Shown piece by piece: positions 9,787-20,798 of a stretch of DNA of 64,000 bases. Each line of letters begins with the position of its first letter. Positions within the stretch are counted from its first letter, which is position 1. The translations under genes were made by a program, and so were the position numbers. The stretch lies in contig CAWIIV010000007.1 of NCBI GenBank assembly GCA_963836205.1, forward strand, positions 160,001 through 224,000, written 5' to 3'. The notes under the pieces are model-generated. The model did not search any database. It was not told the origin of the DNA and saw only the letters and a program-made list of their open reading frames with translations. This DNA is from an uncultured Acidimicrobiia bacterium. GTDB taxonomy: Bacteria > Actinomycetota > Acidimicrobiia > Acidimicrobiales > AC-14.

Positions 9787-11364
9787 TCAGGCGTCTCCCA
9801 CGAGGATCCGCCGTTGGAACGCGGGCGACGTGTCGGGGTGGTCGGTGCGGGTGTGGGCGCCCCGGGTCTCCCGGCGGGCGTCGGCCGCGGCCACGACGGC
9901 CCCGCCCACGAGGAGCAGGTTCTGGTGCTCCCAGTCGTCGGGCGTGACCGGACCGTCCGACGGCGTCGCCCGCTCGATCACCGCCCGCGCCCGGCGGAGG
10001 GACTCGCGGTCGCGCACCACGCCCGCCTCGATCGTCATCCCCCGCTGGAGGATGCTGCGCAGCTTGGCCCCGTCGGTTTCCGACGACGGCCGGGGCGGGG
10101 GTCGGGGCGACCGCACCCGGAGCGGACCCGCCCCCGTGGGACGCACGATCGCCGCCATCACGCCGGTGGCCTCGGGCCCGTCCCGGCCCCGTTCGATCGC
10201 CTCCACCACCCGGGCCGAGAACACCATCCCCTCCAGGAGGGAGTTGGAGGCCAGCCGGTTGGCCCCGTGGACGCCGGTGCAGGCCACCTCACCCGCGGCC
10301 CAGAGCCCGGGGAGGTCGGTGGCCCCGTCGAGGTCGGTGACCACCCCTCCGATCGTGTAATGGGCGGCGGGGGCGATGGGCAGCCAGTCGGTGGCGGGGT
10401 CGAGGCCGGCGTCTTCGAGGGCGGCGGCGATGGTGGGGAAGCGCTCGGCGAAGCGGTCGAGCCCGGTGGCGTCGAGCCATAGGTGTTCGACGCCCTCCTC
10501 CAGCATGCGGGCGGCCATGGCTCGGGCCACCACGTCGCGCGGCGCCAGCTCGTCGACGAAGCGGGCGCCGGACGCGTCCCGTACCAGCGCCCCGTGTCCC
10601 CGCAACGCCTCCGAGAGCAACGGCCGGGGCACCTGGGGGTGGTGCAGGGCAGTGGGGTGGAACTGGACGAACTCCATGTCGGCCACCGTCACCCCCGCCC
10701 GCAGGGCCATGGCCACACCGTCGCCGGTGGCCTGGGGCGGGTTGGTGGTGACCGCGTAGAGCTGGCCGAAGCCGCCGGTGGCCATGAGGGTGTGGCGGGC
10801 CCGCACCTCGTGGGCCGTGCCCGACGGGTCGAGGGCCACCACCCCCCGGCAGCGCCCGTCGTCCACGATCAGCTGGATGGCGAACCACCCCTCCATCACC
10901 GAGGCGGCGGTGGCCTGCACCGCCTCCACCAGCGCCCGCTCGATCTCGACGCCGGTGGCGGCCCCGCCCGCGTGCACCACCCGGGGCACGGAGTGGCCGC
11001 CCTCCCGGGCCAGGGCGAGGTGGCCGTGGGCGTCGCGGTCGAACACCGCGCCCAGGGCGATCAGGTTCTGCACCCGGGCCGGCCCCTCGTCGACCAGCAA
11101 CCGCACCGCGGCCGGGTCGCACAGCCCGGCGCCGGCGGCCAGGGTGTCGGCCAGGTGGAGGTCGGTGGAGTCGGGGTCGCCACCGAGCACCGCCGCCACC
11201 CCGCCCTGGGCCCACCGGGTGGATGCCTGCTCGAGGTCGCCCTTGGTGAGCACGCCGACCCGCAGCCCCTGGTCGATGCCTGATTCGAGGGCGGCGGCCT
11301 GGACCGCGGCCGACAGCCCCGCCACCCCGCTGCCCAGCACCAGCAGATCGAGGATCGGGGTCAA
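9787..11364 (-). CDS. nadB: L-aspartate oxidase
   Basis: GSGVAGL, WAQGGVAA, REGGHS, QFHPT, PAAHYTIGG, GVHGANRLASNSLLEG. TTG start overlaps the panD stop (TTGA). Confidence 0.95.
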   Translation of the reverse strand: MTPILDLLVLGSGVAGLSAAVQAAALESGIDQGLRVGVLTKGDLEQASTRWAQGGVAAVLGGDPDSTDLHLADTLAAGAGLCDPAAVRLLVDEGPARVQNLIALGAVFDRDAHGHLALAREGGHSVPRVVHAGGAATGVEIERALVEAVQATAASVMEGWFAIQLIVDDGRCRGVVALDPSGTAHEVRARHTLMATGGFGQLYAVTTNPPQATGDGVAMALRAGVTVADMEFVQFHPTALHHPQVPRPLLSEALRGHGALVRDASGARFVDELAPRDVVARAMAARMLEEGVEHLWLDATGLDRFAERFPTIAAALEDAGLDPATDWLPIAPAAHYTIGGVVTDLDGATDLPGLWAAGEVACTGVHGANRLASNSLLEGMVFSARVVEAIERGRDGPEATGVMAAIVRPTGAGPLRVRSPRPPPRPSSETDGAKLRSILQRGMTIEAGVVRDRESLRRARAVIERATPSDGPVTPDDWEHQNLLLVGGAVVAAADARRETRGAHTRTDHPDTSPAFQRRILVGDA

Positions 11365-11702
11365 CGGGGCCGGTTCTCGGAATCCACCTGCACGGTGACG
11401 GGCTCGAAGGTGGACAACTCCCCGTCGTCGTAGTCGGCGTAGGTGACGAGGATCACCCGGTGGCCGACCTCGACCAACCGGGCCGCGGCCCCGTTGAGCT
11501 GCACCTGCCCCGGCTCGCCGGCGATGGCGTAGGTCTCGAAGCGGTTGCCGTTGTCGACGTCGAGCACGGCCACCTGCTCCCACTCCAGGATGTCGGCCCG
11601 CTTCATGAGACCGGTGTCTATCGAGACGGAGCCGGCGTAGTCGACTTCGGCCCCCGTCACCGTGGCCCGGTGGATCTTGGACTTCATCATCCGCCGCCTC
11701 AC
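11361..11702 (-). CDS. panD: Aspartate 1-decarboxylase
   Basis: MMKSKIHRATVT...YAGS (G-S cleavage site), NGNRFETYAI, NGAAAR. GTG start overlaps the panC stop. Confidence 0.95.
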   Translation of the reverse strand: MRRRMMKSKIHRATVTGAEVDYAGSVSIDTGLMKRADILEWEQVAVLDVDNGNRFETYAIAGEPGQVQLNGAAARLVEVGHRVILVTYADYDDGELSTFEPVTVQVDSENRPR

Positions 11703-12580
11703 CGGACCGTCACCCCGACGTTGTCGATGAGGCGGGTGCCGCCCACCCAGGCGGCCAGCACCAGGCGGACCTCGGTGCCGGGCGAGACCACGTCGAGGGG
11801 GACGAGGGTGTCGGCGTCGACCACCTCGGCGTAGTCGAGGAGGGCGAGGGGCTCGGCGGCCACGATGCGGGCCATCAGCTTTCGGACCTCGTGGGCGTGG
11901 CGTCGGCCGTGGTCGCCGATCACCCGGGCGCCCTCGTCGAGGGCCCGGACGAGGACCGGCGCCGCCGCCCGCTCGCCGGCCGACAGGTACCCGTTGCGGC
12001 TCGACCAGGCCACCCCGTCGTGGTCGCGCACGGTGCGGCAGCCGACCACCGCCACGGGCAGCCCCAGGTCGGCGACCATGCGCCGCACCACCGCCAGCTG
12101 CTGGAAGTCCTTCTCGCCGAAGTAGGCCCGCACCGGCCCGGCCAGGTTGAACAGGCGGGCGACGACGGTGGCCACCCCGTCGAAGTGCCCGGGCCGGCTG
12201 GCCCCCTCCAGTCCCTCGGACAACCCGGCCACGTGGACGGTGGTGGCCGAACGTCCGCCGGGGAACATCTCCTCCACCGGGGGGGCGAAGACCACGGCCG
12301 CGCCGGCCTCGCCCGCGATCTCCAGGTCGGCGGCCAGGTCGCGGGGGTACCGGGACAGGTCCTCGCCGGCCGCGAACTGCAGCGGGTTGACGAAGACGGT
12401 GACCGCGGTGACGTCGCACTCCGCCGCCGAGCGCCGGATGAGGGAGGCGTGCCCCGGGTGGAGGGCGCCCATGGTGGGGACCAGCCCGACGGTGCGGCCC
12501 GCGGCCCGCTCCCGGTCGAGCTCCTTGCGCAGCACGTCGCCCCGGTCGATCACCCGGGGAGCGGCCCTGTCGTCGCTCAC
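11699..12580 (-). CDS. panC: Pantoate--beta-alanine ligase
   Basis: VPTMGALHPGH, FVNPLQF, RPGHFDGV, FGEKDFQQ, SSRN, RLIDN. Confidence 0.96.
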   Translation of the reverse strand: MSDDRAAPRVIDRGDVLRKELDRERAAGRTVGLVPTMGALHPGHASLIRRSAAECDVTAVTVFVNPLQFAAGEDLSRYPRDLAADLEIAGEAGAAVVFAPPVEEMFPGGRSATTVHVAGLSEGLEGASRPGHFDGVATVVARLFNLAGPVRAYFGEKDFQQLAVVRRMVADLGLPVAVVGCRTVRDHDGVAWSSRNGYLSAGERAAAPVLVRALDEGARVIGDHGRRHAHEVRKLMARIVAAEPLALLDYAEVVDADTLVPLDVVSPGTEVRLVLAAWVGGTRLIDNVGVTVR

Positions 12581-13470
12581 GTCGTCTCCTCACGTTCCGG
12601 CCCCGGGAGGGGGTGCCGTTCGTCGTCGTCCAGCCTACCGATCGCCCGCACCACCCCGATCGCGCTGTGCTCCCACGCCGCGGGGACGAGGTCGGGGGCG
12701 AGGTCGGCGAGGGGAGCGAGGACGAACCGGCGCTCGTGCATCCGGGGATGGGGGACGGTGAGGTCGGGCTCGTCGACCACCTCGTCGCCCACCAGGAGGA
12801 CGTCGACGTCGAGGATGCGGGGGCCGAAGCGTTCGGCCCGGACCCGGCCGGCGGCCGCCTCCAGCTGCTGGGCGATCTCGAGCAGGTGGCGGGCGGTGTG
12901 GTCGGTCGCCAGCTCCACCACCAGGTTGAGGTACGGCGGCTGGCCCTCCGGTCCGCCCACCGGCTCCGTCTCGTACACCGGCGACACCGCCACCACGTCG
13001 GGCAACCCCGCCACCGCGATGCGGAGCGTCCCCATCCGGTCGCCCAGGTTCGACCCCAGGCCCACGAACGCCCGCCGCCGAACGGGGGCTTCCCGGCGTC
13101 GGGTGATGCGGACCCCGGCCGACGTGAGGTCGGCGGGCAGGGGCGGGCGGAGCTTGCGGACGGCGACGGTGACGGCCCGGATCCGGGGGTCGACGTCGGC
13201 CACCTGCGACGCGATCCGCTCGGCCAGGCGTTCGAGGAGGCGGAAGCGCTCGTCGCCGACGACGGCCGCCACCACCGCGGTGACCGCCCCGTAGTCGACG
13301 GTGTCGGCCAGCCGGTCGCTCGCCCCCGCCACCGACAGGTCGGCCTCCACGTCGAGGTCGACCTCGAACGGCTGGGCTCTGTCCTGCTCCTCGGGAAGGG
13401 CGCCGTGGACGCCCAGCACCCGCAGCCCCCGCAGCTCGATGCGGTCGCGGTCCGGCTCGGGGCGGTCCAC
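12577..13470 (-). CDS. folK: Bifunctional dihydroneopterin aldolase / HPPK (FolB-FolK fusion)
   Basis: N-half DRIELRGL..HG..EE, DTVDYG, LLERLA (FolB). C-half GLGSNLGD, SPVYETEP, GPRILDVDVL, PHPRMHERRFVL (FolK). Single ORF. Confidence 0.92.
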   Translation of the reverse strand: MDRPEPDRDRIELRGLRVLGVHGALPEEQDRAQPFEVDLDVEADLSVAGASDRLADTVDYGAVTAVVAAVVGDERFRLLERLAERIASQVADVDPRIRAVTVAVRKLRPPLPADLTSAGVRITRRREAPVRRRAFVGLGSNLGDRMGTLRIAVAGLPDVVAVSPVYETEPVGGPEGQPPYLNLVVELATDHTARHLLEIAQQLEAAAGRVRAERFGPRILDVDVLLVGDEVVDEPDLTVPHPRMHERRFVLAPLADLAPDLVPAAWEHSAIGVVRAIGRLDDDERHPLPGPEREETT

Positions 13471-13480
13471 CGGGTAAGTC

Positions 13481-13987
13481 TTACGCCTGTTCGGCCAGCT
13501 CCGAGGCGAGGGCGACCAGCTCCCGGCCGGGAGGGCCCATCTGGCGCTGGGTGATCTGCTCCACGATGGAAATGGCCTGCGGGTGCTCGGGCACCAGCCG
13601 GGCGTAGACCAGGTAGGCGGCGGCCACGCCCAGCACCCGGTCGCTCAGCTCCTCCTGGTGGAGGAGGATCTTGCCCCCCGCCCCCAGCCACGCCCGCAGC
13701 TTGGGGAACAGCTCGGCCAGCACCGCCCGGGGGTCGGTGTGGATGGCGAAGGGGATGTGCTCCCACGCCACCCCGAGGTCGTCGTAGGCGTGGAGGTTGT
13801 GGGGCGACCCGAGCAGGGAGACGACCCGGGTGAAGCCCTGCTCCCGGATCCAGATGATCTCCTCCTGGCGCCGGATGGGGCGGTGGGCGCGGGCGTAGCC
13901 GCCGGGCCGCTCGCTCACCGCCACCTGGTCCTTGATGATCCAGCAGAAGTTGCGGGGGGCGATGCCGGTGGCCCACTTGCCCTTCAC
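13481..13987 (-). CDS. Conserved hypothetical protein with possible dual-specificity-phosphatase-like fold
   Basis: GTG start overlaps the folP stop. NFCWII..., GFTRVVSLL, WEHIPF, KILLHQEELSDR resembles the DSP layout but lacks the CX5R cysteine. Confidence 0.6.
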   Translation of the reverse strand: MKGKWATGIAPRNFCWIIKDQVAVSERPGGYARAHRPIRRQEEIIWIREQGFTRVVSLLGSPHNLHAYDDLGVAWEHIPFAIHTDPRAVLAELFPKLRAWLGAGGKILLHQEELSDRVLGVAAAYLVYARLVPEHPQAISIVEQITQRQMGPPGRELVALASELAEQA

Positions 13988-14793
13988 GACGCCACCCCGG
14001 CCCCGTCGAGCAGTCGCAGGGCCTGCACCGTGGGGCGGACGTCGTGCACCCGCACCATGGCCGCGCCCTGGTCGACGGCCCACACCGCGGTGGCCAGCGA
14101 CGCCTCCAACCGGTCGTCGGCGGGCGCCGGCACCCCGTCCTCGGCCGTCACCCGGCCCAGGAACGTCTTGCGGCTGGCGCCCACCAGCACCGGCCAGCCG
14201 GTGGCGGCCAGCGACCGCGTCGCCCGCAGCAGGGCCAGGTTGTGGGCCGCCGTCTTCCCGAAGCCGAGGCCGGGGTCGATCCACACCTCGCCGACCCCGG
14301 CCGCCCGGGCCAGGGCCGCTCGCGCCACCAAAAAAGCCCGCACCTCGCCGACCACGTCGTCGTAGTCCGGCGCCTGCTGCATCGTGGCCGGCTCGCCCCG
14401 CATGTGCATCGCCACCCAGCCGACGCCGGAGCCCGCCGCGCCCGCCCCCGCGGCCGCGACCACCGGCCACAGCGAGGCCGACACGTCGTTCACGAGAGTC
14501 GCCCCTGCCGCCACCGCCTGCTCGGCCACCGCCGCCCGGCGGGTGTCGATCGAGACCCGCACGTGGGGGGCCAGCGCCTCGACCACCGGCAGCACCCGGC
14601 GCAGCTCCTCGTCCTCGGGCACCGGCTCGGCGCCCGGGCGGGTGCTCTCACCTCCCACATCCACCACGTCGGCTCCCTCGGCGACCATCCCCAGGCCGTG
14701 GGCCACGGCCGCGTCGGGATCGAGCCAGCGCCCACCGTCGGAGAACGAGTCGGGAGTCACGTTGAGGACTCCCATGACCAACGGGCGGGGCAC
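13984..14793 (-). CDS. folP: Dihydropteroate synthase
   Basis: MGVLNVTPDSFSDGG, DVGGESTRPGA, IDPGLGFGK, SRK, RVHDV. Confidence 0.97.
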   Translation of the reverse strand: MPRPLVMGVLNVTPDSFSDGGRWLDPDAAVAHGLGMVAEGADVVDVGGESTRPGAEPVPEDEELRRVLPVVEALAPHVRVSIDTRRAAVAEQAVAAGATLVNDVSASLWPVVAAAGAGAAGSGVGWVAMHMRGEPATMQQAPDYDDVVGEVRAFLVARAALARAAGVGEVWIDPGLGFGKTAAHNLALLRATRSLAATGWPVLVGASRKTFLGRVTAEDGVPAPADDRLEASLATAVWAVDQGAAMVRVHDVRPTVQALRLLDGAGVAS

Positions 14794-14818
14794 GAAGGGA
14801 GAGCGTACCGGCGCCGGG

Positions 14819-15418
14819 TCAGCGTGGACCGTGGATGAACTGCAAAGCTTCGGCCCGGGTGGCCTGATTTTCCCGGAACAGGCCCCGAACGGCCGACGTG
14901 ATGGTGGTGGTGCCCGGCTTCTGCACGCCCCGCATCGACATGCACAGGTGCTCGGCCTCGATCACGACCAGCACGCCCCGCGGCTGGAGGCTGGCCATGA
15001 GCTCGTCGGCGATCTGGCTGGTGAGCTGCTCCTGCACCTGGGGCCGGCGGGCGTAGGCCTCCACCAGCCGCACCAGCTTGGACAGGCCGGTGATCCGGCC
15101 CTCGCCGTTCGGGATGTAGGCCACGTGGGCCTGGCCGATGAAGGGGACGAGATGGTGCTCGCACACGCTGTAGATGGCGATGTCCTTGACCATGATCATC
15201 TCGTCGTGGTCGGCGGCGAAGGTGACGGCCAGGTGCTCCGCAGGCGACTCCCGCAGGCCGGCGAAGACCTCCTCGTACATGGCCGCCACCCGCTCGGGGG
15301 TGCGCCGGAGGCCCTCCCGGTCGGGGTCCTCGCCGATGGCCTCCAGGATCTCCCGGACGGCCTTCTCGATCCGTCCCTTGTCGATGGGGCCGGGATCGTG
15401 CCCGCCGGACGGGCTCAA
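14819..15418 (-). CDS. folE: GTP cyclohydrolase I
   Basis: [44 protein letters not shown]. Confidence 0.97.
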   Translation of the reverse strand: MSPSGGHDPGPIDKGRIEKAVREILEAIGEDPDREGLRRTPERVAAMYEEVFAGLRESPAEHLAVTFAADHDEMIMVKDIAIYSVCEHHLVPFIGQAHVAYIPNGEGRITGLSKLVRLVEAYARRPQVQEQLTSQIADELMASLQPRGVLVVIEAEHLCMSMRGVQKPGTTTITSAVRGLFRENQATRAEALQFIHGPR

Positions 15419-15419
15419 C

Positions 15420-17291
15420 TCAGCTACGGCTGATGGGGCGGACGTTGCCCGTAGGTCCCGTCCCGTTGGTGGCCCGCCGGGGCCGCTCGGGGACTTCGCC
15501 CAGGATGGCCATGACCTCGGCGGTGTCGAGGGTCTCCTTCTCCATGAGGGCGTCGGCCAGCTGGTCGAGGACCTTGCGGTGGGTGACGAGCACCTCCATC
15601 GCCTCCTCGTGGGCCTCGTCGATCAGCCGGCGGACCTCGGAGTCGATGTGGGCCGCCACCTCCTGGGAGTAGTTGATCTGGTTGCCGTACTCCCGGCCCA
15701 GGAAGACCTCGCCCACCTTCGCCCCCAGCTGCTGGGGCCCGATCTCGTCACTCATCCCGTATTCGGTGACCATGGCCCGGGCGATGGCCGTGGCCCGCTC
15801 GATGTCGTTCTGGGCGCCGGTGGTGGGGTCCTGGAAGATCAGCTCCTCGGCCGTGCGCCCGCCCAGGAGCATGGCCAGCTGGTCGCGCAGGGCGGAGCGG
15901 GTGGTGAGGTACTTGTCCTCGGTGGGCAGGGCGAGGGTCCAGCCCAGGGCCCGGCCCCGGGCGATGATCGAGATCTTGTGGATGGGGTCGGCGTCGGGGA
16001 GGGCGTGGCCCACCAGGGCGTGGCCACCCTCGTGGTAGGCGATGACCCGCTTCTCCTTCTCCGAGATGATGCGGGACTTGCGCTCGGGACCGGCCATGAC
16101 CCGGTCGATGGCCTCCTCCAACTGGGGCATGCCGATCTCCTTGAAGCCCCGCCGGGCGGTGAGGAGGGCGGCCTCGTTCATGAGGTTGGCCAGGTCGGCA
16201 CCGGTGAAGCCGGGTGTGCGCCGGGCCAGCACGTCGACGTCGACCCCCTTGGCCAGGGGCTTGTCCTTCCCGTGGACGTTGAGGATCGCCCGCCGCCCGG
16301 CCAGGTCGGGCCGGTCGACCACGATCTGGCGGTCGAAGCGTCCCGGGCGGAGGAGGGCGGGGTCGAGGATGTCGGGCCGGTTGGTGGCGGCGATGAGGAT
16401 CACGCCCGCCTTGGTGTCGAAGCCGTCCATCTCCACCAGCAGCTGGTTGAGGGTCTGCTCCCGCTCGTCGTGGCCACCGCCCATGCCCGCCCCCCGGTGG
16501 CGGCCCACGGCGTCGATCTCGTCGACGAAGACGATCGCCGGCGCCGCCGCCTTGGCCTGCTCGAACAGGTCGCGGACGCGGCTGGCGCCCACGCCGACGA
16601 ACATCTCCACGAAGTCCGACCCGGAGATGGAGAAGAAGGGCACCCCCGCCTCGCCGGCCACGGCCCGGGCCAGCAGCGTCTTGCCCGTGCCCGGAGGACC
16701 GAACAGCAGCACGCCCTTGGGGATCTTGGCCCCGATGGCGACGAACTTGGCCGGCGCCTCCAAGAACTCCTTGATCTCCTGCAGCTCCTCGACGGCCTCG
16801 TCGGCCCCGGCCACGTCGGCGAAGGTGACCTTGGTCTGCTCCTTCGACACCTGCTTGGCCTTGACCTTGCCGAACTGCATCACCCGGCTTCCACCGCCCT
16901 GCATGGAGTTCATGACGAAGATGAAGGCGCCGATGAGCAGGATGACGGGCAGGAACGTCTGGAGGATCGCCCACCACACCGGGTCCTTCTGGTGGTCGAC
17001 CCGGATCTGGGGCGGGGTCTCGGCCGTGCGCAGCATCTCGCCCAGCTGCTCGGAGTCGTCGCGGACGTAGTTGACCTTGTACTTCTGGCCGCTGACGAGC
17101 TCGCCCGACACGACCCCGTCGCGGTCGGCGATGGTGGCGGTGCGCACGTCGCCGTTGGCGACCAGCTGCTCGAACTGGTCGAGGCGCAGCTTGCGGGGCT
17201 TGTCGCCGGAGCGGGCCAGGGCGCCGATGACCACCACCGCCAGGAGCGCGAGCAGGACATAGGACGCGGGCGAACGAAGGAGCTTCTTCAC
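15420..17291 (-). CDS. ftsH: ATP-dependent zinc metalloprotease FtsH
   Basis: Two TM segments, [39 protein letters not shown]. Probable GTG start at 17291. Confidence 0.97.
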   Translation of the reverse strand: MKKLLRSPASYVLLALLAVVVIGALARSGDKPRKLRLDQFEQLVANGDVRTATIADRDGVVSGELVSGQKYKVNYVRDDSEQLGEMLRTAETPPQIRVDHQKDPVWWAILQTFLPVILLIGAFIFVMNSMQGGGSRVMQFGKVKAKQVSKEQTKVTFADVAGADEAVEELQEIKEFLEAPAKFVAIGAKIPKGVLLFGPPGTGKTLLARAVAGEAGVPFFSISGSDFVEMFVGVGASRVRDLFEQAKAAAPAIVFVDEIDAVGRHRGAGMGGGHDEREQTLNQLLVEMDGFDTKAGVILIAATNRPDILDPALLRPGRFDRQIVVDRPDLAGRRAILNVHGKDKPLAKGVDVDVLARRTPGFTGADLANLMNEAALLTARRGFKEIGMPQLEEAIDRVMAGPERKSRIISEKEKRVIAYHEGGHALVGHALPDADPIHKISIIARGRALGWTLALPTEDKYLTTRSALRDQLAMLLGGRTAEELIFQDPTTGAQNDIERATAIARAMVTEYGMSDEIGPQQLGAKVGEVFLGREYGNQINYSQEVAAHIDSEVRRLIDEAHEEAMEVLVTHRKVLDQLADALMEKETLDTAEVMAILGEVPERPRRATNGTGPTGNVRPISRS

Positions 17292-17296
17292 TCCCG

Positions 17297-17860
17297 TCAG
17301 GGTACCGACGGCTCGGGGCCCGCGTATGCGCAGACGTAAGGGAGGTTCCGGTAGCGCTCCTCGAGGTCGAGCCCGTAGCCGATGACGAAGTCGGACGGGA
17401 TGTCGAAGCCGACGTAGCGCAGGTCGGGATCGTGCTTCTGGAGGCCGGTGCGCACGAGCAGGGCGCACACCTCCAGCGACGCCGGGCCCCGCGACCGGAG
17501 GTTCTTGCGGACGTAGGAGAGGGTGAGGCCGCTGTCGACGATGTCTTCCACCAGGAGGACGTGGCGGCCGGTGAGGTCGAGGTCGAGGTCCTTGACGATG
17601 CGCACCACGCCGCTGGTCTTGGTGGCGCTGCCGTAAGACGACACGGCCATGAAGTCGAACTCCACCGGCAGGTCGATGGCCCGGGCCAGGTCGCTCATGA
17701 AGACGAAGGCCCCCTTGAGGACCCCTACCAGGAGGAGCGGCGATCGCTCCCGGTAGTCGTCGGTGATCTGGCGGCCGAGCTCGGCGATCCGGGTGCGGAG
17801 CTGTTCCTCGGACACGACGACGGGCCCCAGGTTGGGGTCGCGGGTCGGGTCGGGCGCCAC
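17297..17860 (-). CDS. hpt: Hypoxanthine phosphoribosyltransferase
   Basis: [33 protein letters not shown]. Confidence 0.96.
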   Translation of the reverse strand: MAPDPTRDPNLGPVVVSEEQLRTRIAELGRQITDDYRERSPLLLVGVLKGAFVFMSDLARAIDLPVEFDFMAVSSYGSATKTSGVVRIVKDLDLDLTGRHVLLVEDIVDSGLTLSYVRKNLRSRGPASLEVCALLVRTGLQKHDPDLRYVGFDIPSDFVIGYGLDLEERYRNLPYVCAYAGPEPSVP

Positions 17861-17880
17861 GTGTCGCGAAGGTACTGCCC

Positions 17881-18674
17881 CTACGGGTAGACCAGGGAGC
17901 CGCAGGTCAGGTGGGAGAGATGGCTGTCAGGACTGCTCGGCGGCACCGGCATGGGCCAGCCCACGACCGGGTCGAGCGTGGGCGGCTGGTTGCCCACGTC
18001 GAGGGTGTAGAGCTGCGACTGGCCGCTGAACGTGATCCCGTCGGTGCTGGTGGTGTCGAAGACCTCGACGCCCTGGTCGAACATGAAGCAGGCCACCCCG
18101 GCGGCGTTCATGACCGACGCCCCCACCGGCAGCTCCACCGGGTTGCCGTCGAGCACTGGCCGGACGAGCTGGCAGCCCTGGAACACGAAGATGGTCACGA
18201 TCGAGGCGTAGGCCCCGCTGCCGACCTTCACCCACGCCACCTCGGATGGGTCCGAACCGTTCAGGTGGGCGGCGAAGATCGGCTCCACCGCGCCCGGCCC
18301 CACCGCCGCCACCACCTGGTCGTGGAAGCCGTCGCCCGCCATCTCGCCCCGGACGTGCCAGTCGCCACCGTCGAGGTAGACCCGCAGGGTGTCGGCCGTG
18401 CCGTCGCCGTCGAAGTCGACGGGGATGGTGTCGTCGGACGCGAGGGGGCGCGGGCTGCGATCGGCGGGCAGGACTGGGTGGTCGGCGCCGACGTCACCGT
18501 CGACCCGGGCGCAGGTACGACGGTGGTCGACGACGCGCTCGACCCGCCCCCGGTGGTGGTCGTGGACGCGGTGGAGGAGGGGGTCGCGGTCTCGTCGTCG
18601 CCGCCGCCCCCGCAGGCCACCAGCACCAGGCTCAGGGCGAGCACGACCCCGACCGACCTGCCCGTCCTGCCCAT
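17881..18674 (-). CDS. Hypothetical lipoprotein, frameshifted near 18450
   Basis: Lipobox LVAC and Thr/Ser-rich linker (ORF 18261..18674) continue in another frame as a globular domain with DFDGDGTAD (Ca-binding-like loop) ending at 17881. Confidence 0.65.
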
Positions 18675-18725
18675 CCCGGACCTCCGTCGCCGACTCGGAC
18701 CGGCGCGCCTCGCCGTGGCGGGAGG

Positions 18726-19700
18726 TTATCCCCCCGCTGGCGGCAGCGGAGTCCCAGGCTCCAGGCGGAGGCGTTGGCCGGTGCGGGCGACCCGCCGGCC
18801 GCCGCCGACCTCGGCCGCCCGGACCTCTCCCCGGGCGACGGCCAGCACCCGCTCGACGGCGGCCCCGTCGGGTGGGTGCTCGCAGCCGGCGGCGAGCCAC
18901 CGGCGCACGGCCCGCCGGGCCAGGGCCGAAGGCGCGGCGGCCACCGCCCGGGCGTCGGTGGGGTCGAGGGCGGCGGCCAGGCCGTCGAGCAGCTCGGCCT
19001 CGTCCCGGAGCAGCGGCGCCTGGCGGGCGAGGACGGCGGCCACGTCGCGCTGGGCGATGGCGTCGAGCAGGGGCAACAGCTCGTGGCGGACGCGGTTGCG
19101 GCGGTGGACAGGGTCGGCGTTCGACGGGTCGTCCACCGGCGTCAGGCCCAGGAGCCGGCAGAGGGATCTGGTCTCGTGCCGCCGCAGGCCGAGGATCGGC
19201 CGCCGGGGCCCGGGGGCGATCCCGGCCAGTCCGTCCAGCCCGGCCCCCCGCACCAGGTTGAGCAGGACGGTCTCGGCCTGGTCGTCGGCGGTGTGGCCGG
19301 TGAGGACGTCGGCCGGCAGCACCCGGTAGCGGGCGGCCCGGGCCCTCGCCTCCAGGTTGGTTCCGGGCTCGACCATCACCCGTTCCGACCGGAACCCGGC
19401 CCCCGCCGCCGCAGCCGCCGCCCGCACCACCTCGGCCTCGGCCGCCGACTGATCCCGCAGCCCGTGGTCGACATGGACGGCGGTCACCTCGCAGCCGGCC
19501 GCCACCGCCAGTACGAGCAGGGCCAGCGAGTCGGCCCCTCCCGACACCGCGCACGTCACCGCCGAGCCCGGCCTCGCGAACGTGCACCGGGCCAGCAGCT
19601 CGGCGGTCAGGAGCCCGGCCGCCGGATGGTCGGCAGCCGGGGGAACGGCCGCCGGGGAATCGGTGGCCGGGGAATCGGTGGCCGGGGGAGGCGTCGTCAG
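18726..19700 (-). CDS. tilS: tRNA(Ile)-lysidine synthetase (start uncertain)
   Basis: CAVSGGADS, HVDHGLR, EARARAARY, TGHTADDQAETVL, DPSN, RNRVR. Usual tilS-hpt-ftsH context. Confidence 0.93.
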   Translation of the reverse strand: MTTPPPATDSPATDSPAAVPPAADHPAAGLLTAELLARCTFARPGSAVTCAVSGGADSLALLVLAVAAGCEVTAVHVDHGLRDQSAAEAEVVRAAAAAAGAGFRSERVMVEPGTNLEARARAARYRVLPADVLTGHTADDQAETVLLNLVRGAGLDGLAGIAPGPRRPILGLRRHETRSLCRLLGLTPVDDPSNADPVHRRNRVRHELLPLLDAIAQRDVAAVLARQAPLLRDEAELLDGLAAALDPTDARAVAAAPSALARRAVRRWLAAGCEHPPDGAAVERVLAVARGEVRAAEVGGGRRVARTGQRLRLEPGTPLPPAGG

Positions 19701-20791
19701 CTGGCGGCGGCCCGCACGTCGGCCACCCGCGACACCCAGGCGTCGGGGTTGCGGATCTCGGGCAGCGTCGGCAGGTACTCGGAGCCCTCCCACAGCAGCG
19801 ACACGTTGTCGGGGTCGGAGAGCTCGATGGCCTCCAGGAACTCCTCGCCCTCCTGGTACTGGCGCAGCTTGGCCTCCAGCCCGACCAGTCGTTGGACGAA
19901 CCGCACCGTGCCGTTGGACTGCCGCCGCTCGTGGAGGACGTCGCGGAAGCGGCCCGCGCTCGGGATGCGGTCGGCCGCGGCCCGGTCCATGGTGATGTCG
20001 CCGTGGCCCTCGAGGACGCTCATCAGGCCCTGCATCTGCTGGAGGACGGCGTGCTGCTCCGGCCCCGCCAGCAGGGTGACCAGCCCTCCCTCGTCGAGGG
20101 GACTCCGGCCGGCCCGGATCTCCTCCACCGCCCGCCGCAGGGCGACCAGGAACATCTTGGGGTCGGGATCGAAGGCGGACAGGCTGGAGTCGACCAGCGA
20201 CAGGAAGTAGGGCCGCATCCAGGGGATCCCGGTGAACTGGGCCCGGTGGGTGACCTCGTGGAGGGCCAGCCACAGGCGGAACTCACGGGGCGGGAAGGAG
20301 AAGCGCTTCTCCAGCGACAGGACGTTGGGGCCCACGTAGTAGACGATGTCCTGGTCGTCGGGGTTCTCGTTCTCGATGACGAGCATGTCGTACTGGCCCA
20401 GCACCCGGGTGGACATCCACCCGAGCAGCGCGCCCACCTCGGCGCCCGCGATGTGACGACCGATGGGGGCGACCTTGGTCTGGTTGACGCGCTCGCCGAT
20501 GCGGTCGGTGAAGGGCCGCAGCAGGCGCTGGAAGGAGGCCAGGTTGGCCCTGATCCAACCCGCCCGGTCCGTGACCCGCACCCGGGCCGGCCCGTGCAGG
20601 GAGTGGAGCCCGGTCTGGATGCCGACCAGCTCCTCCGCCTCGGCGGTGAACTCCTTGAAGTCGGGCTCGAGCGAGGCGTAGTGGTACGACTCGGCCAAGG
20701 GTTCACTGCCGGCGACGCGCACCGCCACCTTCTCGGCCGTGTCCCAGGCGATGAAGTCGAAGGGGGGCGGGGCGGGAGACGCTGCGGTCAC
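19697..20791 (-). CDS. Zinc-dependent metalloprotease (actinobacterial zincin family upstream of tilS)
   Basis: RVLGQYD, WLALHEVTHRAQF (HExxH), EGHGD, KLRQY, LPTLPEI..P..W. Confidence 0.88.
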   Translation of the reverse strand: MTAASPAPPPFDFIAWDTAEKVAVRVAGSEPLAESYHYASLEPDFKEFTAEAEELVGIQTGLHSLHGPARVRVTDRAGWIRANLASFQRLLRPFTDRIGERVNQTKVAPIGRHIAGAEVGALLGWMSTRVLGQYDMLVIENENPDDQDIVYYVGPNVLSLEKRFSFPPREFRLWLALHEVTHRAQFTGIPWMRPYFLSLVDSSLSAFDPDPKMFLVALRRAVEEIRAGRSPLDEGGLVTLLAGPEQHAVLQQMQGLMSVLEGHGDITMDRAAADRIPSAGRFRDVLHERRQSNGTVRFVQRLVGLEAKLRQYQEGEEFLEAIELSDPDNVSLLWEGSEYLPTLPEIRNPDAWVSRVADVRAAAS

Positions 20792-20798
20792 GGGGCTC

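Noticed and set aside
19640-19690. 15-bp tandem repeat at the tilS 5' end (PATDS twice)
   Set aside because: Short in-frame low-complexity duplication with no evidence of function.
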